A stretch of 64,000 nucleotides of DNA from Candidatus Enterousia sp. (GCA_045634865.1 JAZRBB010000003.1:203082-267081); one strand, 5' to 3'; numbered from the stretch's first letter, positions 29,036 to 38,916 are shown. Translations and numbers: made by a program. Notes: generated from the letters alone by a model not told the origin.

Positions 29036-29716
29036 TTATTTTATCATAATTTTCCCATTATCCAAAGTAGTTGTTTTTGTTGCGCCAACCAATGATGTAA
29101 AATTATCCTGATGTGATATAAACAAAAATGTAGTTTTTGGCATTTTGTTTATTGTATCAACGATTTGTTGTTGGACATCTTTATCTGCACCAGAATCAGG
29201 CTCATCCAATATTGCAAGTTTTGGATTTGTTAAAATCAATCTTAATAACATTATGCGTTTGCGTTCGCCGCCAGAAAAACCAACGTTCACAGAACGGTTC
29301 AGCCAATCTTGGGGTATATTTAATTGTTCGCGTGCTGATTCCAGTTTTTCCAAAAATTCACCCATAGATAAATCTTTGCCTGTATCATAATGCGTATGTG
29401 CAATCATAGAATGTTTCAGAAAACTTAGCAAAGTCAATCCAGGTATTTCGGGAACGTTTTGTGCGCCCAAAAATATTCCACGTAATGCGCGATTAGTGGC
29501 ATTTTCATTTGTTATATCAACACCATCAAAAATAATTTTTCCAGAATCAATTGTATACAGCGGATTTCCTGCAATCGTATTGACCAGCGTTGATTTCCCA
29601 GAACCGTTATGGCCAGCCAACCGATGACGCGCACCACTTTTCACAGACATATTTATATCTGTCAGCAATTTCTTGCCATCCATAGATACACAAAGATTTT
29701 TTATTTCTAATATCAT
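29036..29716 (-). CDS. sufC: Fe-S cluster assembly ATPase SufC
   Basis: 226 aa. Walker A GHNGSGKST, ABC signature FSGGERKR and Walker B ILDEPDSG. Non-transporter ABC ATPase adjacent to sufB. Confidence 0.85.
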   Translation of the reverse strand: MILEIKNLCVSMDGKKLLTDINMSVKSGARHRLAGHNGSGKSTLVNTIAGNPLYTIDSGKIIFDGVDITNENATNRALRGIFLGAQNVPEIPGLTLLSFLKHSMIAHTHYDTGKDLSMGEFLEKLESAREQLNIPQDWLNRSVNVGFSGGERKRIMLLRLILTNPKLAILDEPDSGADKDVQQQIVDTINKMPKTTFLFISHQDNFTSLVGATKTTTLDNGKIMIK

Positions 29717-29719
29717 TTT

Positions 29720-31060
29720 TTATTCTTTTGTTAAAGCCATTTGTATCAATTGTTTTGATTCTACCAAGAATTCCATCGGTAATCTAGATATAATTGGTGA
29801 TGCCATAGAACCGACAATCAATGCGATTGCCTCATCTGTATCAATACCACTTTGTTCCAAAAACAGCAAGGCATTTGCATCGATTGCACCAGTTGTTGCT
29901 TCGTGTGATTGCTGGTTTGTCGCATTCATGTGTATAACAGTCGGTATTGTATTTGCTGTTGCGTTATTGCCAATTATCCTGCTGTCGCATTTGCAAGCAT
30001 TTATGCCGTTTTTTCCACCCAATGATACGGTACTACGAAATGTTTGTCTGGAATCATCAATGGCGACACCGTATGAAACAATATTTGATTTTGTTTCGTT
30101 TCCGATATGAATCATTCGGGTTCCTGTGTCAGCCTGTTGTGTTCCACGCGTGATTGTTAATGAATAAAAATCACTGTGCGATTTGTTTCCATATAAAATT
30201 GTTGATGGATATTTCCAAGTTTTTGCAGAACCAATTTCAACCTGGGTCCAATCGAGTCCTGCATTTTTATAACATTTACCACGTTTTGTGACAAAGTTTA
30301 ATATGCCGTTTTGTTTTGCGTGTTTTTTGTTGTATACAGCAGAATCCCCCGCGTACCAGTTTTGAACGGTTGCATATTTTACATATGCATTATCTTTGAC
30401 AATTATCTCCACAACACCGCTGTGTAATTGATGATTTGGACGACGTGGAGCGCTGCAACCTTCCATATACGACAATATCGCACCATCTTCTGCGATGATA
30501 AGCGTCCTTTCAAATTGGCCAATTTTTGCTGTTTCTATTCTGAAATAACTGGCCAAATCAATCGGACATTTTACATTACGTGGAATGTAAACAAATGTTC
30601 CGTCTGAAAATACAGCAGCATTTAATGCAGCAAAAAAGTTGTCTGTATTGGGAACAACTGTGCCAAGGTATTTTTTTACGATTTCTGGGTATTTAATAAC
30701 AGCCTCTGATAATGGCAAAAATATGATGCCCAGTTTGTTTAATTCTTCTGTGTACGAAGTATGAACAGATTTGCTGTCTATGACAGTATCTGTTGCCATA
30801 CCCAATAATGCGCGTTGTTCTGATTCAGGCAAACCCATTTTCTCATAAGTTGATTTCAGTTCAGAATTATCAATCGGTTTTGTTTCGTTATAGTAGTTCA
30901 ATAAATCGTAATCTATCGGGTCATAATCTATTTCTGCCCAGTGTGGTTCTGACATTTTTTTCCACGCATTGAAAGCATCAATACGCCAATTTAGCAACCA
31001 TTCTGGTTCGTTGCGCTGTTTTGATATTTCACGAATAAGTTTTATGTTTAATTTTTTCAT
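29720..31060 (-). CDS. sufB: Fe-S cluster assembly scaffold SufB
   Basis: 446 aa. YLGTVVPNTDNFFAALNAAVFSDGTFVYIPRNVKCP and the C-terminal PMEFLVESKQLIQMAL closely match SufB conserved blocks. Confidence 0.85.
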   Translation of the reverse strand: MKKLNIKLIREISKQRNEPEWLLNWRIDAFNAWKKMSEPHWAEIDYDPIDYDLLNYYNETKPIDNSELKSTYEKMGLPESEQRALLGMATDTVIDSKSVHTSYTEELNKLGIIFLPLSEAVIKYPEIVKKYLGTVVPNTDNFFAALNAAVFSDGTFVYIPRNVKCPIDLASYFRIETAKIGQFERTLIIAEDGAILSYMEGCSAPRRPNHQLHSGVVEIIVKDNAYVKYATVQNWYAGDSAVYNKKHAKQNGILNFVTKRGKCYKNAGLDWTQVEIGSAKTWKYPSTILYGNKSHSDFYSLTITRGTQQADTGTRMIHIGNETKSNIVSYGVAIDDSRQTFRSTVSLGGKNGINACKCDSRIIGNNATANTIPTVIHMNATNQQSHEATTGAIDANALLFLEQSGIDTDEAIALIVGSMASPIISRLPMEFLVESKQLIQMALTKE

Positions 31061-31597
31061 TTATGCGTTTGCCAGTGTTTGTGCCTGGGCAAAAAAAGTC
31101 AGCGATTGTCCGAGCAAACCATCTGTAAAAGTTGTTGATAATATTCCGTCTGTATCAGAATTTGCCATATGTTGTAAAAACTGATTTGCACGATTAAGAT
31201 AGTGACTGATGTTATGGGCGATATTCACATCTAACTTTATCGCACGACGCAATTTTTCCAGAACAAAAGGATTTTTTGCATATTCGTCCATAATTCCACC
31301 CAATGCGCGCCAAAGTGGATGTTCAGATGTATTGCGGGGCATTACATCAATTGCAGCCATAATAGGGATTAAATCTTGCAACAAATCTTGATAAATTATT
31401 TCTGCTTTATCTGTTGATTCACTTACAGAAAACTTGTTTTTCAATACCTGCTGAATTTTTACCAGCAAATTGTATTGCAAGGTTGCATTTTTGGATAATA
31501 TACGAATTTTTTTGTTTGTGATTATTGCGAACAATATCAACCCAGCAATGCCCAAAGCGGTTGATGCAGATAAAATCAAAATTACTAAGTTTTCCAT
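31061..31597 (-). CDS. Membrane-anchored protein, possibly LemA family, first gene of the suf cluster
   Basis: 178 aa with N-terminal TM segment. The internal DLLQDLIPIMAAIDV resembles the LemA DLIPNLVETV block. Its stop abuts the sufB start. Confidence 0.35.
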   Translation of the reverse strand: MENLVILILSASTALGIAGLILFAIITNKKIRILSKNATLQYNLLVKIQQVLKNKFSVSESTDKAEIIYQDLLQDLIPIMAAIDVMPRNTSEHPLWRALGGIMDEYAKNPFVLEKLRRAIKLDVNIAHNISHYLNRANQFLQHMANSDTDGILSTTFTDGLLGQSLTFFAQAQTLANA

Positions 31598-31701
31598 AGT
31601 TTTTATCCTGTTTTTTGTATTACAAATTGCAGTATAACACGTTTTTTCGATTCGTGCGATTTTATCTTGATTATTTTTTTGATAAAATCGTTTTTTAAGT
31701 C

Positions 31702-31730
31702 TTGCACAGATTCGGTCAAATTGTTATAAT
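31702..31730 (+). promoter_or_regulatory. Near-consensus sigma70 promoter (TTGCAC-17 nt-TATAAT) for the secretin operon
   Basis: TTGCAC at 31702-31707, a 17-nt spacer and TATAAT at 31725-31730. RBS AGGAAAGGA precedes ATG 31762. Confidence 0.55.
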
Positions 31731-31761
31731 TGAGTATATTATATCAAGGAAAGGAAAAAAT

Positions 31762-32652
31762 ATGTTCCATAGATTTTGCGTGTTTACGGCTATTGCTTGT
31801 TTGTCTGGTGTCGCATGGGGGGCTGAAAATTTGCCCCAGGTTGCTACTTCAGAGGTGTTTTATGATTCTGAACCTGCTGAATATGTGATGGAGGAGGCAG
31901 AGGTTGTTGCTCCTATGCCTGTTCGTCAAAAGGCTCCTGTGTGGCCATTGGCGGGCTCTGATGCAGATGTAAAATTGGAATGTGGTGACATGGGGTGTTC
32001 GGGTGAAGAATCGATGATTGTGACCAAGGTTGGTAATGGGCTGATTATGGAAAACAATATAATCACTCGTGGTACCGGTTGGTCTGGTGGTCCAGATATC
32101 GAAAATGGAATGATGATACCTGCTGGTTTTGATAATGAATGCGAAAATAATGCGGAAATGCCGTTAATGCGTCGTGAAATGTTGGAAGATGATGGTGGTT
32201 CGGTATTGTCTGTTTCGCGTAGTCCGCGTAAAAAATGTAATAAAAATGCTGATTCTTATGCTGTTTTTGCTGAACGTGCTGGATTCAAGGCTGAAAAATC
32301 TTGCAATAAAGATATGTCAGTTGGCGAAGGCGAAATAGATGTTTCTGTAAACTCAGACGAAAATAATGATGCAGAAGCGCCTGCTGTTATGCGTGATCAG
32401 GTTCGTTCTTGGGTCGTTGCCAGCGGTCAGACTTTGCGTCAGGTTTTACAATCTTGGTGTGATAAAGAAGGTTGGGATTTGGTTTGGACGACATCGCGTG
32501 AATATCCGATTGAGGCTAGCGCTGTATTCAAGGGACGTTTCGTTGATGTTGCGTCGGCTTTGATACGTAATTTTGAACGTGCAACACCAGTGCCTTATGC
32601 AAAATTTTATAAAGGGAATCGTGTGATAGTTGTTTCGACTTCGGAAGAATAA
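31762..32652 (+). CDS. Secreted protein with a C-terminal TcpQ/PilL-like domain (candidate secretin accessory factor or pilotin)
   Basis: Signal peptide MFHRFCVFTAIACLSGVAWGA. Acidic, Cys-containing middle region. The C-terminal block GQTLRQVLQSWCDKEGWDLVWTTSREYPIEASAVFKGRFVDVASALI resembles the TcpQ domain found in PilL and TcpQ. Sits immediately upstream of a lipoprotein secretin, as in tcpQ-tcpC. Start taken at MFHRF inside ORF 31702..32652. Confidence 0.4.
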   Translation: MFHRFCVFTAIACLSGVAWGAENLPQVATSEVFYDSEPAEYVMEEAEVVAPMPVRQKAPVWPLAGSDADVKLECGDMGCSGEESMIVTKVGNGLIMENNIITRGTGWSGGPDIENGMMIPAGFDNECENNAEMPLMRREMLEDDGGSVLSVSRSPRKKCNKNADSYAVFAERAGFKAEKSCNKDMSVGEGEIDVSVNSDENNDAEAPAVMRDQVRSWVVASGQTLRQVLQSWCDKEGWDLVWTTSREYPIEASAVFKGRFVDVASALIRNFERATPVPYAKFYKGNRVIVVSTSEE

Positions 32653-32686
32653 TAATTATCATGCAAGTGATTCGTAGGAGATAAAA

Positions 32687-34291
32687 ATGAAAATGCGTTT
32701 AAATATGTTTTTAATAGGAACAGTATTCGCGGGATTGTTGGCAGGATGCACATTGCAAGAATCTGCCAAGGTATCTGCGTCTGTGGATCAGAATTTTGTA
32801 AAAGCATATGAAGCATTTGAAATGGCGAAAAATCCGCGCGCCAAGGTGGCTAGTGGTGATACAGTTTCTATGTCAGAGGGGGTTTGGTTGGGCAATAAAT
32901 CTACGGTTCTTGAACACAAAAACTCGTTGCCTGCAAAGTTCGAGACAGATTCGGGGATTACTATATTATTAAATGAACCTGTGACATTACAGGTGTTGGC
33001 AAATGATATAAATTCAATTACAGGAATTCCTGTAAAGATTGATAATCAGGTTGATGATGAAAAATTACGAAAGACTGTTGATGTTGCATATACTGGTAAG
33101 TTGTCTGGATTGTTATCTCAGATTGCTACAGATTTAGATTTGTTGTGGTATTATGATAAAGATTCAATTGTGTTCTATGAAACAGAAACGCGTACATATA
33201 CATTATATGCCTTGGGTACAGATGTATCGTATCAATCTTCTGTGCAAACGGATGATGGAAATCAGGTTTCTTTGGAATCAACCTTGAAAGAGTGGGACGA
33301 GGTGGAGGCGACAATTACTTCTATTGTTAATTCATCAAAGAATTCTCAATTTACAGTATCGCGCAGTTTGGGGACGATCACAGTGACTGCGTCACCATCT
33401 GTGCTAAATCGTGTTTCTGATTATATTGCAAAACAGAACAGACGTTTGTCACAACTTGTGACCATTGATGTTAAGGTTTTACAGGTATCTTTGTCTAACG
33501 AATCTGCATTTGGCTTGAATTTGGCTGCGGCAATCAATTCTGCGACAGGTCTGAACATTGTTGCAAATCCAAAAAATAATCTTTCTACGACCGAGGCTAG
33601 TTCTATGAATGTTGCGGTATTGTCTAATACTGTCGCGGAAGCGGTGACAGGCATTGAAGATATGTATACTGCTGATCAAATAAAAAATGGTTCCATGGCA
33701 AGGTTGGCCGGTACAAATGCTTTGATAGAGGCTTTGGCAAAGCAGGGCAAAGTATCGTTAGTGACAAATGTTGGGGTAACGACACGTAATAATCGTGTTG
33801 CCCCTGTGACAAATACCAGAACAACAGGATATATCAAGCGATTCGAATCCAGAACATTTACGACTGTGGAATCTAGTACTGTTGACCAAGATAATTTGGA
33901 AACTGGGTTTTCAATGCAGTTGTTGCCGAATATTTTGGAAAACGGCAAGATATTGTTGTTATTCAAAATGTCAATTCGTGAATTGTTAAAGATGTCGACA
34001 CAAACAATTGGTGCGGTGACATTGCAATTGCCAGAGGTTGAAGAGCGCTCGTTCATGCAGGAAGTTATTATGGAGTCTGGTCAAATGTTGGTTGTATCTG
34101 GGTTCGAGAAACAAAAGAACGATGATACACGTTATGGTTTGGGCGATCCAGACTTTATGGCATTGTCTGGTTCGCGTGAAACCGCTGCGTCACGTGAAGT
34201 GTTGGTTGTTATCTTGACGCCACAAGTTTTGGTCAGCCCGATGGATGCAGAGCGCAATATCCAGCAACATTGGGGCGCACCATTGAATTAA
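32687..34291 (+). CDS. Lipoprotein secretin of the type IVb-pilus class (BfpB/TcpC/PilN-like)
   Basis: Lipobox LLAGC-T. N0-like domain (ITILLNEPVTLQVLANDINSITGIPVKID). Secretin-domain blocks are present (FSMQLLPNILENGKILLLFKMS; FMQEVIMESGQMLVVSGFEK; C-terminal EVLVVILTPQVLV). The C-terminal loop YGLGDPDFMALSGS is non-canonical, as in the lipoprotein secretin subfamily. Confidence 0.7.
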   Translation: MKMRLNMFLIGTVFAGLLAGCTLQESAKVSASVDQNFVKAYEAFEMAKNPRAKVASGDTVSMSEGVWLGNKSTVLEHKNSLPAKFETDSGITILLNEPVTLQVLANDINSITGIPVKIDNQVDDEKLRKTVDVAYTGKLSGLLSQIATDLDLLWYYDKDSIVFYETETRTYTLYALGTDVSYQSSVQTDDGNQVSLESTLKEWDEVEATITSIVNSSKNSQFTVSRSLGTITVTASPSVLNRVSDYIAKQNRRLSQLVTIDVKVLQVSLSNESAFGLNLAAAINSATGLNIVANPKNNLSTTEASSMNVAVLSNTVAEAVTGIEDMYTADQIKNGSMARLAGTNALIEALAKQGKVSLVTNVGVTTRNNRVAPVTNTRTTGYIKRFESRTFTTVESSTVDQDNLETGFSMQLLPNILENGKILLLFKMSIRELLKMSTQTIGAVTLQLPEVEERSFMQEVIMESGQMLVVSGFEKQKNDDTRYGLGDPDFMALSGSRETAASREVLVVILTPQVLVSPMDAERNIQQHWGAPLN

Positions 34292-34391
34292 AGGCGATAA
34301 AAAAATAATTAGGTTTTATTTTCTAAGTGATATAATGTTATGCAAGAAAGAGAAATGAAAGGAGCAATAAAGTGCTGAAACCCGCAGAAAC

Positions 34392-34426
<35 letters not shown>

Positions 34427-34577
34427 TAGTTTTTGCCGAGCTTTTTTAGGCATAGTTTTTTCGTATATTTGTTGTCTTGGGACATCTTTTGCTGTTGAAA
34501 TTTTAGATTTAAATACTGCGTTACAAAATACATATCGTGCCTGTGTTGGTATCGATGATAAATTATCAGATTATAAA

Positions 34578-35384
34578 ATGTTGGCTGGGATAAATACAGG
34601 GGTCCAGGCTGTGGGAACAGTTGCTGGTGTTGGTGCAACTGCTGTCGGTATTGTAAAAGCATCAAAAGATAAAGAAATAGAAGAATATGAAAAGCTGATG
34701 GCAAAATTGAAAGAAAAGTTAGGTACACAACAAGAATCGAGTGAGTTGGAGAAAAACGAGTTTTATACAAAATTTATCGCACAATATAAACCAACAAATG
34801 CTGAAGATGCTAAAACAAAGCTTACATCACAAATGACACAAAAGACCAAAGAATCCAAAAAACTTGGGAATTGGCGAACTGGATTGATGGTTGGTGCTAC
34901 TGTGACCAATGTTGCAGGTGCTATATTGGCATCGCAAAGCGGTCAGAACACAGATTTACAAGTAATGGTAAAAAATTGTTTGGAAAGTATAGATACATTA
35001 AATCTGTCGATTGGTCAGGCACGTATAAATGGTGAAGATGTATCAGAAGCCAGAGACATCGCATCAGCGTGTGGCGAATACAGGAATGTTGATGTGTCTT
35101 CGATATCAAAACGTGCGACCGGTGCTATGGCTGCATCTATTGTGGGTACAACAACTGGATTTACGGGAACTGTGTTATCCGGTGTTGCTAATACAGATAA
35201 AATACGTAATGACAATACAGAGAGTGGTAAAAAGAAAGAAAAAGATTTGAATACAGCATCGAATGTGATGGCTGGTGCGACGACCGCGGCATCTGCTGTA
35301 TCAACAGTGTTTTCTGGAACACAAATTGCAGCGATAAAACGTGTTGCAAATGTAGCATCTAAGTGTGAGGGGGGATTGAAATGA
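34578..35384 (+). CDS. Secreted Ala/Gly/Thr-rich protein, paralog A; in this sequence the signal-peptide region upstream (34428-34577) is open in the same frame but has no start codon
   Basis: ORF-track ORF MLAGINTG... The in-frame upstream translation (..FLGIVFRIFGCLGTSFAVEILDLNTALQNTYRACVGIDDKLSDYK) aligns with the signal peptide and N-terminus of paralog B (43885). The only start-like signal is RBS AAAGGAG + GTG at 34372, in the +1 frame relative to the body, reading through (CA)15 to a stop at 34447. Four conserved Cys are shared with paralog B. Confidence 0.55.
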   Translation: MLAGINTGVQAVGTVAGVGATAVGIVKASKDKEIEEYEKLMAKLKEKLGTQQESSELEKNEFYTKFIAQYKPTNAEDAKTKLTSQMTQKTKESKKLGNWRTGLMVGATVTNVAGAILASQSGQNTDLQVMVKNCLESIDTLNLSIGQARINGEDVSEARDIASACGEYRNVDVSSISKRATGAMAASIVGTTTGFTGTVLSGVANTDKIRNDNTESGKKKEKDLNTASNVMAGATTAASAVSTVFSGTQIAAIKRVANVASKCEGGLK

Positions 35385-38300
35385 TGAAAAATATTATAGC
35401 AGGCTTGTTTTTAGTTTTTTATATTGTCCCTGGATTTTGTATTGATGCTTTTTATATGGACAATGTTGCCCCACGCCAAGCAATCGAAAACGCAATTCAT
35501 GATGAATATGTGGTTCGTGTCAGCGGTGATGCTGTACAAAAAGCAATAGAAACCATAACCCAGGATATTGGTGAAAGACTTGAATTAACACAGTTGTATA
35601 CTTCTTGGATGCAAGATGGTTCGCCATTGACTTTTGGCGCTTTGGGAAATATTTGTGATATTGCTTTCAAGGGAAACATCGATAAATGTCAGAGGTTCGC
35701 TAGTGCATTATTGAAAAACAAAGCATTGCGTCTGTATTCTGTGTGTGGTGCAGATAAAGGTAAAACTGGTGGAACAGAACGTTGTGTCGAAGATTTCTTT
35801 GCCAAGACAAAGGTGGATACGACTGCTGGACGCACTCTGGCATCAGAATATGTGCGTATTAAATATAACGATGCTTCTTTGGAATGTGATAAGAACGTAA
35901 AAATAAACAGGACTGGTAGTGATTATATGCGGTGTGTTTCGCAAAGTGCAAATAATGTTTTTTATGAATTTAAGTTTGATAGTTTGGCTGATGTTCATAT
36001 GGATACAAATCGTGAAGATGCGATTTTTGGCGCAATTTGCCGTTTACATGGGCTGGAATATGACAGAACAATGTTAAGTGGTTATGATAACCCCAGATGC
36101 AAAACACAAGACAAGAATATATGTGCGAAAGTAAATGAAACGCTGAAACCTTTTGGTTTTGAATCTAAGATTGGTGCTCAAAATTGGGGACCGGATTATG
36201 GTGCACAAATGACAAGTCCTGATTGCGTAATAAACGCATTATGCACAGCACGAAATAAAAAAGATTTGCACAGTGCTTTTGGATTGGATCCGTTTGAATT
36301 CCAAAAATCAGCAGTCCAAGTGAATCGTAATGAATATTTGGAAGATATGCTTGCCAATTATGTACAAAGTAAGGTTGGCAATATAACCAGTTTTGAATGT
36401 AATGCCACACATCAATGTATCTATACCGACGGTAAAAAGAGTGATGTTTTGGGTTGTAAAGTCAATGGCAAAGACGTTGATTTTGTGTTTAAAGATTTGA
36501 GTGAATGGAGCCGTTATCGCGATAACGCAGGGCGTCAGGTTATTCAGTGCAAGATTGTTGGTGGCGAATTTACTGGTCAAGATTGTGTATATTTGACGCA
36601 TGAGCAATGTGATAAGTTGGCAAAACAAACAATTCCAGGCTGTCCAGAATGTACAAATGTTGTATGGGATACCAAACATAATATATGCAAATTAAAAACA
36701 AATGAAATACTTAATGATATAGAAAAAGCCGAAAAAGTTGCTATGATGGCTGTGGGTTCTGCTGCTGCGGTTGCTACAAGTGTGGGTATTGCTTATGCTG
36801 CATATAAAACGGGTTCTGTGTTGATGTTAGTTCCTACTTTGTTGGCGGGGGCGAACGCTGTTGGTTCTGTTATGGAATTGGGTGCAACATTAAAAATATT
36901 GGGCGTTACAGAAGATTTTGCACGTGAATCACAAAATTGCAAGACCAGTGCTTGTGCAGATAATTTAGTAGAAAAATGGTTGCAACGTCTTTCTAACCTG
37001 AGGAGTGATTTATCAGAAGCAGAATATACTTTTGTTAACAAAGAATTGGCCAGATTGATAGGTTTGACGTCTGAACAGTTTGGAAAAAAGATGTTTACAA
37101 ATTTGGTAAAAAGATATACCACAGATAATACAGTTAAAAACGACATTTCGTCCAAGAAAGCGCGCAAAAAAATGGATGAAATGCTGAAATCACCAGATTT
37201 GTTAAGCGCAAATGCCAAGGGATTCTTTGACAGCGAAAGCTGGGAACCAGAACAGATTTGGCGTGCGGTTGGCGTTGGTTTGCAGATTGCATCAACATTG
37301 GGCAGTGTGGCGTATGGTTTCTGGGCTAATCATCAGGCTTATAAGGCATATGATGATGAAACAACACAAATGTTGCGTGATGCTTTGACAGATGGAAAGA
37401 ATAATCTTACACCAGAAGAACGTAGAGAAATAATCAAGTATTTAATGGAGGATGGTACACCAGTCAAAATTAATGATAATATCGAGATACCAGGCGATAT
37501 AAAGTTGGCTGCACAAGTTGCAAAACAAGACGGAACACTCACATCTATAACTGGAGAGACGAAGTATGTAGATATAAATGATTTGGATGATTATATGCGG
37601 GAGAAATATGGTTCCCAAGTATTTGTTCAATATGATAAAGATATGAAAGCAGTTTATACAGCTAACTTTGGGTATTATCAAGATGGTGCAGATTTTGTAG
37701 AAAGCGCATTGATACAAGAAGGTATCCCTTATAGTAGGCAAGGCAATGCCATAATAATTTTAGAAACAGATTTGGAAGCAATTGGTGTAGCAACGGTTGC
37801 TCCAGATGATCCGATGATAACGAAATTAGTAAAGGTTCATAAACCGTCAGTAGATGAATTACATGCTCAGGGTATAACTACTGAAGTTGCACTAAGTGAT
37901 TTTTTTAACGAAAGCAAAAAACAACGAGCTGAGGTAAGTCTTATTTTTGGAGATTCGATAGATAAGGTAGCAGTTAATGATTATGCAAAGAAAGTCAAAG
38001 ATGATGTAATAAATATTATTGCAAATAATGAAACGTTGTCTGCACTTGCGGTAAATTATGACAATTTATCAACAGATAAAAAAATGGATTTTATCAACGG
38101 TTTATTGTCAGAATATAATGCAGGTAAGGCTGTTTCCTGTGTAGACGGATATTGTGAACTTGCTAATTTAGCCCCCGGTGTTTTGGGGGAGCATTTGTCG
38201 GGTAGTGATAAAATTTATTTGTCATCCAAAGAGCTGGCTAACGCATCTTTGCCCGATGTTTTGGATGTTGCATTTCATGAAAATAATCATCGTCTTGATG

Positions 38301-38494
38301 CTATCGGGAAAGGTTTTCTGAACAATGAACAACGTAGAATTAGTAGCATTACTGGCGGGTTAAGTGGAACAAATATTGATGCATATTTGTCTGATTTTAC
38401 AGAGCAGGTATCGTATGCAATTAGTAACCAGTTTCAACAAAAGGGTTTTACTGAAGATTTAAATAAAGCAATTAAACGTGTGCAAGGCTTTTAA
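35381..38494 (+). CDS. Large (1037 aa) secreted/membrane-inserting Cys-rich protein, unknown function
   Basis: N-terminal signal-like segment. The first ~420 aa contain about 38 Cys. Central hydrophobic helical hairpins (VAMMAVGSAAAVATSVGIAYAAY; VLMLVPTLLAGANAVGSVMELGA; IWRAVGVGLQIASTLGSVAYGFWA). The ~400-aa C-terminal domain contains HENNH. Start overlaps the upstream stop (ATGA). Confidence 0.5.
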   Translation: MMKNIIAGLFLVFYIVPGFCIDAFYMDNVAPRQAIENAIHDEYVVRVSGDAVQKAIETITQDIGERLELTQLYTSWMQDGSPLTFGALGNICDIAFKGNIDKCQRFASALLKNKALRLYSVCGADKGKTGGTERCVEDFFAKTKVDTTAGRTLASEYVRIKYNDASLECDKNVKINRTGSDYMRCVSQSANNVFYEFKFDSLADVHMDTNREDAIFGAICRLHGLEYDRTMLSGYDNPRCKTQDKNICAKVNETLKPFGFESKIGAQNWGPDYGAQMTSPDCVINALCTARNKKDLHSAFGLDPFEFQKSAVQVNRNEYLEDMLANYVQSKVGNITSFECNATHQCIYTDGKKSDVLGCKVNGKDVDFVFKDLSEWSRYRDNAGRQVIQCKIVGGEFTGQDCVYLTHEQCDKLAKQTIPGCPECTNVVWDTKHNICKLKTNEILNDIEKAEKVAMMAVGSAAAVATSVGIAYAAYKTGSVLMLVPTLLAGANAVGSVMELGATLKILGVTEDFARESQNCKTSACADNLVEKWLQRLSNLRSDLSEAEYTFVNKELARLIGLTSEQFGKKMFTNLVKRYTTDNTVKNDISSKKARKKMDEMLKSPDLLSANAKGFFDSESWEPEQIWRAVGVGLQIASTLGSVAYGFWANHQAYKAYDDETTQMLRDALTDGKNNLTPEERREIIKYLMEDGTPVKINDNIEIPGDIKLAAQVAKQDGTLTSITGETKYVDINDLDDYMREKYGSQVFVQYDKDMKAVYTANFGYYQDGADFVESALIQEGIPYSRQGNAIIILETDLEAIGVATVAPDDPMITKLVKVHKPSVDELHAQGITTEVALSDFFNESKKQRAEVSLIFGDSIDKVAVNDYAKKVKDDVINIIANNETLSALAVNYDNLSTDKKMDFINGLLSEYNAGKAVSCVDGYCELANLAPGVLGEHLSGSDKIYLSSKELANASLPDVLDVAFHENNHRLDAIGKGFLNNEQRRISSITGGLSGTNIDAYLSDFTEQVSYAISNQFQQKGFTEDLNKAIKRVQGF

Positions 38495-38606
38495 AAAACA
38501 ACAGTCTACCTCCAGCTTCATGGACGTCTTTATCTTGTTCTCTTTTTAGGCTATAGTTCACAATGACCAAAAACTTATAAATTGCAATTTTGTTTGAGTT
38601 AAAAAA

Positions 38607-38632
38607 ACCGTTCGATTGAACGGTTTTTTAAT
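38607..38632. terminator. Bidirectional rho-independent terminator (end of the secretin operon, + strand; end of rpsT, - strand)
   Basis: AACCGTTC-gatt-GAACGGTT hairpin flanked by A7 and T6. Confidence 0.65.
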
Positions 38633-38655
38633 TCTGATAAAAGCACAACATTTAA

Positions 38656-38916
38656 TTATGCAATTTTTGCAACTTTCTTGGCCAGACGTGCAACTTTACG
38701 AGAAGCTGTTTTCTTTGGCATTGTTTTGCCTGCTGCTTTCATAATTTTGCTTTCTGCGTTGCGTGCAGCTGCAATTGCGGCGGCTTTATCGCCAGATTCA
38801 ATCGCGCTGAGCGCTTTCTTGGTTGCAGTTTTAACAGCACTGCGACGTGCTGTATTGATTGCATTTTTCTTTGCTGTTACTAAAATTCTTTTATCACATG
38901 ATTTATGATTTGCCAC
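38656..38916 (-). CDS. rpsT: 30S ribosomal protein S20
   Basis: 86 aa. MANHKSCDKRILVTAKKNAINTARRSAVKTATKKALSAIESGDKAAA is a strong match to the S20 N-terminal consensus. Confidence 0.85.
   Translation of the reverse strand: MANHKSCDKRILVTAKKNAINTARRSAVKTATKKALSAIESGDKAAAIAAARNAESKIMKAAGKTMPKKTASRKVARLAKKVAKIA

Noticed and set aside
38275-38290. HENNH read as a zinc-metalloprotease active site in the 1037-aa protein
   Set aside because: Kept only as a weak observation inside a finding. A 5-residue motif occurs by chance and the downstream third ligand spacing does not fit gluzincin or metzincin patterns.
38678-38908. Plus-strand 76-aa ORF
   Set aside because: Lies entirely antisense to the well-supported rpsT (ribosomal protein S20) gene.
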